Below, piece by piece: positions 1 through 4,845 of a DNA stretch of 5,818 nucleotides (position 1 is the first letter of the stretch; every line of letters begins with the position of its first letter). The notes beneath the pieces are model-generated. The model saw nothing but the letters and a program-made list of their open reading frames with translations. It was not told where the DNA came from and ran no database searches. The DNA is taken from the IMG/VR virus record IMGVR_UViG_3300029905_000161. The stretch is one strand, 5' to 3'. The DNA comes from a virus. A program made the translations under genes and the position numbers.

Positions 1-99
1 TTTGTTTTTCTTTTTTATCCAGATTCCAGTATCTTCTTTTATTTCTTTTTTGTGTAAATTCCAGTAATCAAGTCCTATATTTTGGCTTTGTCGTTGAAA
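1..99. repeat. Terminal direct repeat, copy 1 (identical to 5720..5818). This is the assembly overlap of a circular genome.
   Basis: A base-by-base read shows tttgtttttcttttttatccagattccag...ggctttgtcgttgaaa at both 1..99 and 5720..5818. The repeat lies inside the Rep coding sequence, and joining the ends restores one continuous ORF. Confidence 0.9.
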
Positions 100-825
100 T
101 TCAGGTACTCCTTTGTTTGATTTTGCTTTTCCGGATTTTTTATTTGTGTATCGTGTTGCATATGATACGGTTTCAGGTGTTAATGGTTCAATTGTACAAA
201 TTCCCATTTTCCATGTTTTGTTTTGAATTGTTTCAGATTTATACATTGGATACCCAGTTTTGCTGTCTTTCCAGTATTCTAGGTCATTTGGTTCCCAGCC
301 GATTATTATGATGTGATAATGTGGTCGTCCCCCGGTTGGACCATATTCGCCCCCGATGTAATATGTAAATCCTTTGTAATCCGGGTCGTGTCTTTTTAAG
401 TGCATTCTAAGGCGTTTTATCCATTGTTGGTAATCTGCGATAGATAGGACATAACCATCAGGTACGTATTCAGGTGCATACGTTAAGTCAATTTTGCAAC
501 CTTTCTTACCAGCGGTTTCGTATTCGCACATGATTCGGGTCACCCATTCATTGCTGCGTTCTAACCTGCATTGGTCGCATTGGTTGCATTTGATTGGTAC
601 TAACTTAACTTTTCCGTGTTTTTTTGTGTTTCCGTATCCGCTGTTAATTTCTTCGTCTGTCCATTTTCTACATATTTTTTCGCCGTTTAATTTATCGTAA
701 TACCAATCACCGTCAATTATAAGTTTTGCTCGTCTGTGGTATGGGTTTGGATTTATTTTTTGGAATTTTCTTCCGCGAGTAAGTCCATTAACCCAGTATC
801 CCCAACGGATATTTTCGCAAGGCAT
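1..825 (-). CDS. VP4: Rolling-circle replication initiator (Microviridae VP4 / protein A family), N-terminal 275 codons. The ORF continues across the circular junction into 5719..5429.
   Basis: This ORF is absent from the supplied track because it is cut by the window edge. The ATG is at 825..823, and an in-frame TAA at 831..829 lies immediately upstream. The frame is open down to nt 1. Hand translation gives MPCENIRWGYWVNGLTRGRKFQKINPNPYHRRAKLIIDGDWYYDKLNGEKICRKWTDEEINSGYGNTKKHGKVKLVPIKCNQCDQCRLERSNEWVTRIMCEYETAGKKGCKIDLTYAPEYVPDGYVLSIADYQQWIKRLRMHLKRHDPDYKGFTYYIGGEYGPTGGRPHYHIIIIGWEPNDLEYW...TPETVSYATRYTNKKSGKAK...IWIKKKNK. Motifs seen are CxxCxxCR(x6)W (aa 80-94), an RCR motif-1-like DLTY (aa 113-116), HUH as H-Y-H at nt 321..313, and a paired-tyrosine Y-A-T-R-Y-T-N-K-K at nt 162..148, like the two-tyrosine active site of phiX174 protein A. 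Confidence 0.93.
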   Translation of the reverse strand, partial: MPCENIRWGYWVNGLTRGRKFQKINPNPYHRRAKLIIDGDWYYDKLNGEKICRKWTDEEINSGYGNTKKHGKVKLVPIKCNQCDQCRLERSNEWVTRIMCEYETAGKKGCKIDLTYAPEYVPDGYVLSIADYQQWIKRLRMHLKRHDPDYKGFTYYIGGEYGPTGGRPHYHIIIIGWEPNDLEYWKDSKTGYPMYKSETIQNKTWKMGICTIEPLTPETVSYATRYTNKKSGKAKSNKGVPEFQRQSQNIGLDYWNLHKKEIKEDTGIWIKKKNK

Positions 826-1037
826 TCGTTACACTTTTTTTCTAAGTCTTTGATTTCTGTGTATAATTTTTCTATTTTTTCTCTTTTTTCTCTGATTTCT
901 TTTTGGAATGATTGGATTATTATTCTTTCTTTTTCGGCGAATTTTGCTATTTTGTTTTGTTCTTCGAACCATTTTAACGCTTCTGCTGCTTCTTTTTCTT
1001 TAAGTTCTTTTATCCACCAATGTTCTTTTTTTATCAT
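753..1037 (-). CDS. 94-aa Lys/Glu-rich predicted coiled-coil protein of unknown function. It overlaps the Rep start by 73 nt in another frame.
   Basis: The ATG is at 1037..1035, preceded by a consensus Shine-Dalgarno sequence (minus strand aaAAGGAGcgtcaATG). The ORF is co-oriented with all other genes and is the first ORF after the large intergenic region. The protein has heptad-like charged repeats (KELKEKEAAEALKWFEEQNKIAKFAEKERIIIQSFQKEIREKREKIEKLYTEIKDLEKK). I recognise no family. Confidence 0.6.
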   Translation of the reverse strand: MIKKEHWWIKELKEKEAAEALKWFEEQNKIAKFAEKERIIIQSFQKEIREKREKIEKLYTEIKDLEKKCNECLAKISVGDTGLMDLLAEENSKK

Positions 1038-1099
1038 TGACGCTCCTTTTAAGTTGTTTGCCTTGCTGAGCCTAAAAACTGCCCGCAGGGCTGCCTATA

Positions 1100-1161
1100 A
1101 TGCGTGTAGCAAGTATATCGCGCGATGAGCGCGTACTTGCGCGCCGCAGGCGCTCACGCAT
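1100..1161. other. Predicted three-way junction. An outer 7-bp stem encloses two hairpins.
   Basis: The outer stem pairs atgcgtg (1100..1106) with cacgcat (1155..1161). Arm A pairs gcaagta (1109..1115) with tacttgc (1134..1140), and encloses cgcgc (1119..1123), loop gatga, and gcgcg (1129..1133). Arm B is gcgcc-GCA-ggcgc (1141..1153). All complementarities are perfect by eye. Confidence 0.6.
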
Positions 1162-1175
1162 GCTGAGTAATATAA

Positions 1176-1196
1176 CCGATTGACTGAGTCAATCGG
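1176..1196. other. Perfect 9-bp hairpin with a 3-nt loop.
   Basis: ccgattgac (1176..1184), loop tga, gtcaatcgg (1188..1196). Confidence 0.65.
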
Positions 1197-1231
1197 CTGG
1201 CACTATGTATTCCTTGTATATATAGTGCCAG
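1197..1231. other. Perfect 10-bp hairpin (11 bp if G1196:C1232 is included) with a 15-nt AT-rich loop.
   Basis: ctggcactat (1197..1206), loop gtattccttgtatat, atagtgccag (1222..1231). Confidence 0.65.
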
Positions 1232-1234
1232 CTG

Positions 1235-1274
1235 ACACACTATGCGGAAATCTGCGGTTTTTGCATAGATGTGT
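1235..1274. other. Imperfect 11-bp hairpin (one bulged A at 1269) with a 17-nt loop.
   Basis: acacactatgc (1235..1245) pairs with gcatag-a-tgtgt (1263..1274). The loop is ggaaatctgcggttttt. Confidence 0.5.
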
Positions 1275-1306
1275 TGTTTTCCTAAACACTATCAACTTTG
1301 ATAGCG

Positions 1307-2122
1307 TTAATTTCCACGCCAGTGTACTACATTTGAATTCGAATTCGAATTTACATTTGAATTCGAATTTACATTTGAATTACCGAATGTTGGTAGTGCA
1401 GATGTTCCTTTAACAGCACCTACAACATTACCGATTGAACGTGTAGCAGATTCAGTCATTTCAAGTATTGCATATGCGCGTCTGTTGTTTACCCTTGTTT
1501 TTGCTTCTGCTTCTGCAATTTTTCCTTGTGATTTTAAGATATCGATTTCTTTTTCTGTTTTATCGATTTCTTTTTGAATTTTTGCAGATTCTGTTAAGGT
1601 TTTTTCGATATCTGCGCGGATTTTTCTGTTTGTTTCAGATTTTAACGCAACTTCAAGGTTGAGCAATTGTTCTTGATATTTGTTTTGCGTTTTCTGCAAT
1701 TCGGTTTCTTCTTTGGTTTTTCCGGATTGTGCGCCTTTTAATTCGGTGTCTGCGTCGATATTGTCTTTTTGTGCGTCCATCAAGCCCAATTCTTTTGACA
1801 ATCTCATTGCACTGGTAAAGTCCCCGACCAAGTTGCTGTTTGTGCTTGGTGTTCCTACGGCTCCTGGCGCACTTGAACCTGCAACGGTTGCACTTCCACC
1901 GCCACCCATCATTAAAGTTGGGTTTAACCCGGCTTTTTCAAGGTCGTCCATTGTCCATTGCCAGGAATTTTGGGCTTTTTCTTTTTCCCATGCTTTTTGT
2001 TGTTTGAAGAGCGCTTGCTGTGCTGCGATGCTTCTTTTTTGTGATTTTTTGTTGCTCCACAGATTTAATCCTGTGCCTACCAGTCCAAAACCACCAGAAA
2101 CTACTGCTGATACTGGGTCCAT
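1307..2122 (-). CDS. VP2: Minor capsid / DNA pilot protein (gokushovirus VP2-like), 271 aa.
   Basis: The ATG is at 2122..2120 with an SD (aaAAGGAttttacaATG), and the gene lies immediately downstream of VP1. The protein has a Gly-rich N-terminus (VVSGGFGLVGTGLNLW), the characteristic ...DLEKAGLNPTLMMGGGGS... segment, a long Lys/Glu/Gln coiled-coil middle region, and a low-complexity tail. Confidence 0.85.
   Translation of the reverse strand: MDPVSAVVSGGFGLVGTGLNLWSNKKSQKRSIAAQQALFKQQKAWEKEKAQNSWQWTMDDLEKAGLNPTLMMGGGGSATVAGSSAPGAVGTPSTNSNLVGDFTSAMRLSKELGLMDAQKDNIDADTELKGAQSGKTKEETELQKTQNKYQEQLLNLEVALKSETNRKIRADIEKTLTESAKIQKEIDKTEKEIDILKSQGKIAEAEAKTRVNNRRAYAILEMTESATRSIGNVVGAVKGTSALPTFGNSNVNSNSNVNSNSNSNVVHWRGN
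1329..1381. repeat. In-frame tandem repeat inside the 3' end of VP2. The units are 24, 18 and 11 nt of the core acatttgaattcgaattt, with a nested hexamer (gaattc/gaattt).
   Basis: acatttgaattcgaattcgaattt (1329..1352), acatttgaattcgaattt (1353..1370), acatttgaatt (1371..1381). It encodes ...GNSNVNSNSNVNSNSNSNV.... Three GAATTC sites lie at 1335..1340, 1341..1346 and 1359..1364. Confidence 0.9.
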
Positions 2123-2145
2123 TGTAAAATCCTTTTATTTAAATT

Positions 2146-2169
2146 ATGCCCTATGTTGCCATAGGGCAT
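2146..2169 (-). promoter_or_regulatory. Perfect 10-bp stem-loop in the VP1-VP2 intergenic spacer. The loop on the coding strand is GCAA (GNRA-type). It is a possible attenuator or mRNA-stability hairpin.
   Basis: Plus strand: atgccctatg (2146..2155), ttgc, catagggcat (2160..2169). It lies between the VP1 stop (2176..2174) and the VP2 SD. No U-tract follows on the mRNA strand (it reads aauuuaaauaaaagga), so this is not a canonical intrinsic terminator. Confidence 0.5.
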
Positions 2170-2173
2170 TTTA

Positions 2174-3838
2174 TTACATGTGGTCTACTAATCCAGGCAC
2201 ACCAAATAAAGGTATTGGCGCTGTACGTGTTCCGTATGTGACCATGTCTACCTTGAATTGGTCGGCTGTCGTTGATGGTACAACTAACGTTCTGTCGACG
2301 TAGTCGGGTGTTTCGGTTACAAATTCTTCGGATAATACTGGTGCATCACTGTATTCGTCCGCATAGTGCCATGCGTCCTGTGATTGTGGATAACTTGAAC
2401 GCATTTCTGCTGATACGCGGTTCCACAGGAATCTGTAATCTTCCCACGGTGCATAGAATCCAAATTCTTGGTTGCCGCCTGCCAGGTATATCCATTTTAC
2501 TGGCATAGCTTGCTCACCGATGTTTGCCAAACTTGGTAAATATACGTCGAAACGACGTTTTCTCCACCATTGTGGCTCGACACCTTGTTGGTATGTACGT
2601 GTGGCTTGACGGATTACTAGTAACCCCATCAGGCACATGTGTTTTGTGAATGATTGTGTGAATCCGCCTTGTGAGTTCGTTGTCCATGAATAAGCACCTG
2701 TTTCGCCCAGTGGCGTGGTGTTTGTTTCTGAACTTTGTGCGACTTGGCTTATGCTGATAGGGAATCTTTCACCGCCCAGATACCTTGGAATTTGCAGGGT
2801 TTCGTCTTCCGCATGTACGCCGTACTGGTAAGATATAATTTCGGTGTATCGCGTTCCGCCACGGGCGTCTTTTTCTAAGATGCGTTGTAAAGCCCATGCC
2901 AAGCGTTGTGCGTTTATTGTCGCGGCAGTTGCTTGTGATAAATCAGCAAATACATTACCTTGTGATATTTTTGAATTGTATCCTAAAATTATTTGGTTAT
3001 CATCAGTATTTTTAACTAAACCAGTATAATACTCGGTTCCTGGTCTTATTCCAGGTTTTGTTTCAAAACCCGCATAAACAGTTGTTCCATCATTATTGAT
3101 TTCTGTATTAATATATACAGGAGCACTTTTACCCAATGGTAATGTGACGGCTTCGCCCTTTTGTGGCTCTGGCAAACATGATACTGCAAGGTCTGTTAAT
3201 TTACTTGCTTTTAACAGTCCGCGACCGCGCAGTGCTTTATCACGATTTGTTGGACTGCTTGGTAAATTTCCACTTATAGTTGCGTCGCCTAAGTCTGTGT
3301 CGTAGTCGATGTATGGTGCTATGACGTTTTGGTTACGCATCCATTCGTTGCATGTGTTTGCATACATACGGAAATTTAACGCATTGACAGATAATTCAAT
3401 TTCTGTCGTTCCGTCAGAATCTTTGATTTTGTCGATTCCCGGTGGAATTCCCATATAGTCAGCAGCGTCTTTTGGTGACCATCCGCCGGTTGGTGCTGTG
3501 ACTTGTGGAATTGTGTATTCGGTTGTTTGTTTCCATGCGCCCGCTGTGTTTTCGCCGAAAAATTCATTTGTATGTCGCCACAGGTTTCGCCATAACTGGC
3601 TGAACCAGTAAATATCGGCAACTAATACGTCCATTGTCGGGAATTTTGGTGTGTTTAATCGTATGACGCAACTTGTTTTCAGTTCCCATGTGTCGCCTGG
3701 AATTACGTCACTGTATGCAAAAAATGGTATTATATCACCTAAGTTGCATGTGAAAGTGTGTTTTTGCATTACTGGGAATTTTGCACGTGGTATTGTGTTC
3801 CGTGGTACAACACCAAATTGTTCTTTATTTCGTGACAT
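2174..3838 (-). CDS. VP1: Major capsid protein (Microviridae F / VP1 family), 554 aa.
   Basis: The ATG is at 3838..3836 with a consensus SD (agAAGGAGcggcgaATG). The N-terminus is typical of microvirus capsid proteins (...VPRNTIPRAKFPVMQKHTFTCNLGDIIPFFAYSDVIPGDTWELKTSCVIRLNTP...). The size and the position next to VP2 and VP3 fit. Confidence 0.95.
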   Translation of the reverse strand: MSRNKEQFGVVPRNTIPRAKFPVMQKHTFTCNLGDIIPFFAYSDVIPGDTWELKTSCVIRLNTPKFPTMDVLVADIYWFSQLWRNLWRHTNEFFGENTAGAWKQTTEYTIPQVTAPTGGWSPKDAADYMGIPPGIDKIKDSDGTTEIELSVNALNFRMYANTCNEWMRNQNVIAPYIDYDTDLGDATISGNLPSSPTNRDKALRGRGLLKASKLTDLAVSCLPEPQKGEAVTLPLGKSAPVYINTEINNDGTTVYAGFETKPGIRPGTEYYTGLVKNTDDNQIILGYNSKISQGNVFADLSQATAATINAQRLAWALQRILEKDARGGTRYTEIISYQYGVHAEDETLQIPRYLGGERFPISISQVAQSSETNTTPLGETGAYSWTTNSQGGFTQSFTKHMCLMGLLVIRQATRTYQQGVEPQWWRKRRFDVYLPSLANIGEQAMPVKWIYLAGGNQEFGFYAPWEDYRFLWNRVSAEMRSSYPQSQDAWHYADEYSDAPVLSEEFVTETPDYVDRTLVVPSTTADQFKVDMVTYGTRTAPIPLFGVPGLVDHM

Positions 3839-4268
3839 TCGCCGCTCCTTCTGTTGCTTTTTGTTGTGCTAATTTTATCTCTTCTTGTTTTTTGATAATT
3901 TGCTTGTGTTGTTCTTCCAGCCATGATGGACCTTCTCGCATAAATTGTTCAGGGTCATGGTTGAATTTCTGTCGTACTTCAATCGGCAGATTTTTAAACA
4001 TTTCACGTGCTTTTAATCCTTTATCTATAACTGAACGCAGGTCGCCCGAGACTTTTGTAAAGTCCATTACTGTTTCTTCTACTGATATTGGTTGGATTGG
4101 ATTTAATCCATACAGTTCGATTTGTTCGTAGATACCTGTATTTTCTGCGTTTTTATGTATCATTTTACGCAGGTTTATATCTTTTCCTGCCATTTTGATG
4201 GTAGGTGTTCCGAAAACTGTTATTTTCCGGTTTTTTCGTGGATTTGTTTTGTCGAATAAGCGTTCCAT
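3825..4268 (-). CDS. VP3: Internal scaffolding protein (gokushovirus VP3-like), 147 aa.
   Basis: The ATG is at 4268..4266 with an SD (aaAAGGAaaaagaaATG). The 3' end overlaps the VP1 start by 14 nt. The C-terminal half contains the pattern I associate with VP3 scaffolds (...AREMFKNLPIEVRQKFNHDPEQFMRE...). Confidence 0.8.
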   Translation of the reverse strand: MERLFDKTNPRKNRKITVFGTPTIKMAGKDINLRKMIHKNAENTGIYEQIELYGLNPIQPISVEETVMDFTKVSGDLRSVIDKGLKAREMFKNLPIEVRQKFNHDPEQFMREGPSWLEEQHKQIIKKQEEIKLAQQKATEGAANVTK

Positions 4269-4280
4269 TTCTTTTTCCTT

Positions 4281-4409
4281 TTAATTTTGGTTTAAGTTGC
4301 GGCCGCCGCGCGGCAATCCACTTGTAATGTTTATAGATTTCACTTTCATTGCGGTTCGTGCGAAGATACGACTGTCGCGTTTTGAGTTTGTGCGTGTTCT
4401 GTGTGCCAT
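4281..4409 (-). CDS. 42-aa highly basic protein, the probable DNA-binding / packaging protein (J / VP8-like).
   Basis: Found by hand (below the track cutoff). The ATG is at 4409..4407 with an SD (aaAAGGAtaaaaaaaATG), and the TAA is at 4283..4281. The sequence is MAHRTRTNSKRDSRIFARTAMKVKSINITSGLPRGGRNLNQN, with 7 Arg, 3 Lys and 1 Asp. The S-K-R-x-S-R-x-F...A...K...N...RGG-R-x-L layout resembles the small basic ORFs common in gokushovirus genomes. It lies directly upstream of VP3. Confidence 0.65.
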   Translation of the reverse strand: MAHRTRTNSKRDSRIFARTAMKVKSINITSGLPRGGRNLNQN

Positions 4410-4425
4410 TTTTTTTATCCTTTTG

Positions 4426-4509
4426 TTAAAAGCCGAAGAATGTTCCGATTGCTCCGATAATAGCCCCCAGGACTCCCCAGATTAATTTTGTCCATTGTGT
4501 GCTGTTCAT
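4426..4509 (-). CDS. 27-aa single-pass membrane peptide with a glycine-zipper motif. It is a candidate lysis or membrane-active peptide.
   Basis: Found by hand. The ATG is at 4509..4507, preceded by aaAAGGGGcaaaaaaaATG, and the TAA is at 4428..4426. The sequence is MNSTQWTKLIWGVLGAIIGAIGTFFGF, with a short polar head followed by a 17-residue hydrophobic stretch containing GxxG/GxxxG spacing (G12, G15, G19, G22, G26). Confidence 0.45.
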   Translation of the reverse strand: MNSTQWTKLIWGVLGAIIGAIGTFFGF

Positions 4510-4534
4510 TTTTTTTGCCCCTTTTCTGTTTTTG

Positions 4535-4678
4535 TCAGTATTGTATATATGCTTCGATTAAATCCGCTATTGCTTGTAAATAGCCATCTCGATATTCTGC
4601 TTTTACAATTCTTGCTTCGTTCAACATGTATTCTAAGATGTCAATAATGTCTGTCATAATATTTTCCTTTTTTGTCAT
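4535..4678 (-). CDS. 47-aa acidic helical ORF of unknown function (40 aa if it starts at the internal ATG 4657).
   Basis: Found by hand. The ATG at 4678..4676 overlaps the upstream TGA (4677..4675) as ATGA. A second in-frame ATG at 4657..4655 has its own SD (aaAAGGAaaatattATG). The stop TGA is at 4537..4535. The sequence is MTKKENIMTDIIDILEYMLNEARIVKAEYRDGYLQAIADLIEAYIQY. Confidence 0.45.
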   Translation of the reverse strand: MTKKENIMTDIIDILEYMLNEARIVKAEYRDGYLQAIADLIEAYIQY

Positions 4679-4845
4679 AATATCCTTATTTGTTTCATTT
4701 TGTTTTCAATGATTTGTGGTGGTATTTTGTAAAGTCCTGCTAGTTGAATTGCAGTCATTTGTAATTCTATGATTTCGTATAATACTTTTTCTTGTTTTTG
4801 AGTAAGGCGGACAGCATTATCCGCCTTTTTTGTATATCTTATCAT
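4675..4845 (-). CDS. 56-aa helix-turn-helix protein (LuxR/GerE or sigma-70 region-4-like HTH).
   Basis: The track ORF 4675..4857 begins at a TTG. I prefer the ATG at 4845..4843, which overlaps the upstream stop as ATGA and follows a GGAG (tTGGAGcaaacaATG). The sequence is MIRYTKKADNAVRLTQKQEKVLYEIIELQMTAIQLAGLYKIPPQIIENKMKQIRIL. The L-T-x-x-Q-x-x-V-L...M-T-x-x-Q-L-A-x-x-x-x-I-x-x-x-x-I-x-N pattern matches the three-helix LuxR / region-4 HTH layout. Confidence 0.6.
   Translation of the reverse strand: MIRYTKKADNAVRLTQKQEKVLYEIIELQMTAIQLAGLYKIPPQIIENKMKQIRIL

Larger units (their letters stand above)
1038..1306. promoter_or_regulatory. Major non-coding region. It holds an array of at least six inverted repeats (hairpins) and a locally GC-rich core, and is a candidate ssDNA replication or packaging control region.
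   Basis: No ORF longer than about 8 codons exists on the coding strand here. Inverted repeats read directly are at 1081..1091, 1100..1161 (nested), 1176..1196, 1197..1231, 1235..1274 and 1289..1304. The 1100..1161 segment is 38/62 G+C by hand count, in a visibly AT-rich genome. Confidence 0.6.

Noticed and set aside
736-1128. Plus-strand ORFs in the track (for example 117..311, 494..700, 736..1128, 1180..1413, 1468..1662, 1680..2303, 2272..2508, 2844..3029, 3096..3305, 3651..3872, 3781..4131, 4297..4485, 4792..4998, 5241..5486, 5434..5646).
   Set aside because: All lie antisense to well-supported minus-strand genes. They have Phe/Leu/Cys/Ser-rich low-complexity translations typical of the complement of Lys/Glu-rich coding sequence. 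None has a convincing SD or a recognisable motif. Microviridae transcribe a single strand.
1180-1209. A sigma-70-like promoter on the plus strand: TTGACT (1180..1185), an 18-nt spacer, then TATGTA (1204..1209). There is also a perfect TATAAT at 1096..1101.
   Set aside because: Both point away from all genes, since there is nothing to transcribe on the plus strand. TATGTA lacks the conserved final T. The TATAAT has no -35 element at 16-18 nt. The TTGACT is simply one arm of the 1176..1196 palindrome; its minus-strand copy has only a 12-nt spacer to TATATT.
1209-1234. A partial resemblance of attccttgtatatatagtgcc to the XerC-arm and central region of Firmicute dif sites. This matters because gokushovirus prophages can integrate through XerC/XerD.
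   Set aside because: From memory of the B. subtilis dif sequence, only the left arm and the AT-rich centre resemble it. The normally best-conserved XerD arm (ttatgtaaact-like) is absent, and the stretch is better explained as the loop and 3' arm of the 1197..1231 hairpin. It would need a proper dif-profile search to revisit.
3376-3621. An 81-aa minus-strand ORF nested inside VP1 in another frame.
   Set aside because: Its start codon is TTG (plus-strand caa at 3619..3621) with no SD. The translation has no recognisable features, and it is entirely internal to the capsid gene. It is most likely a chance open frame.
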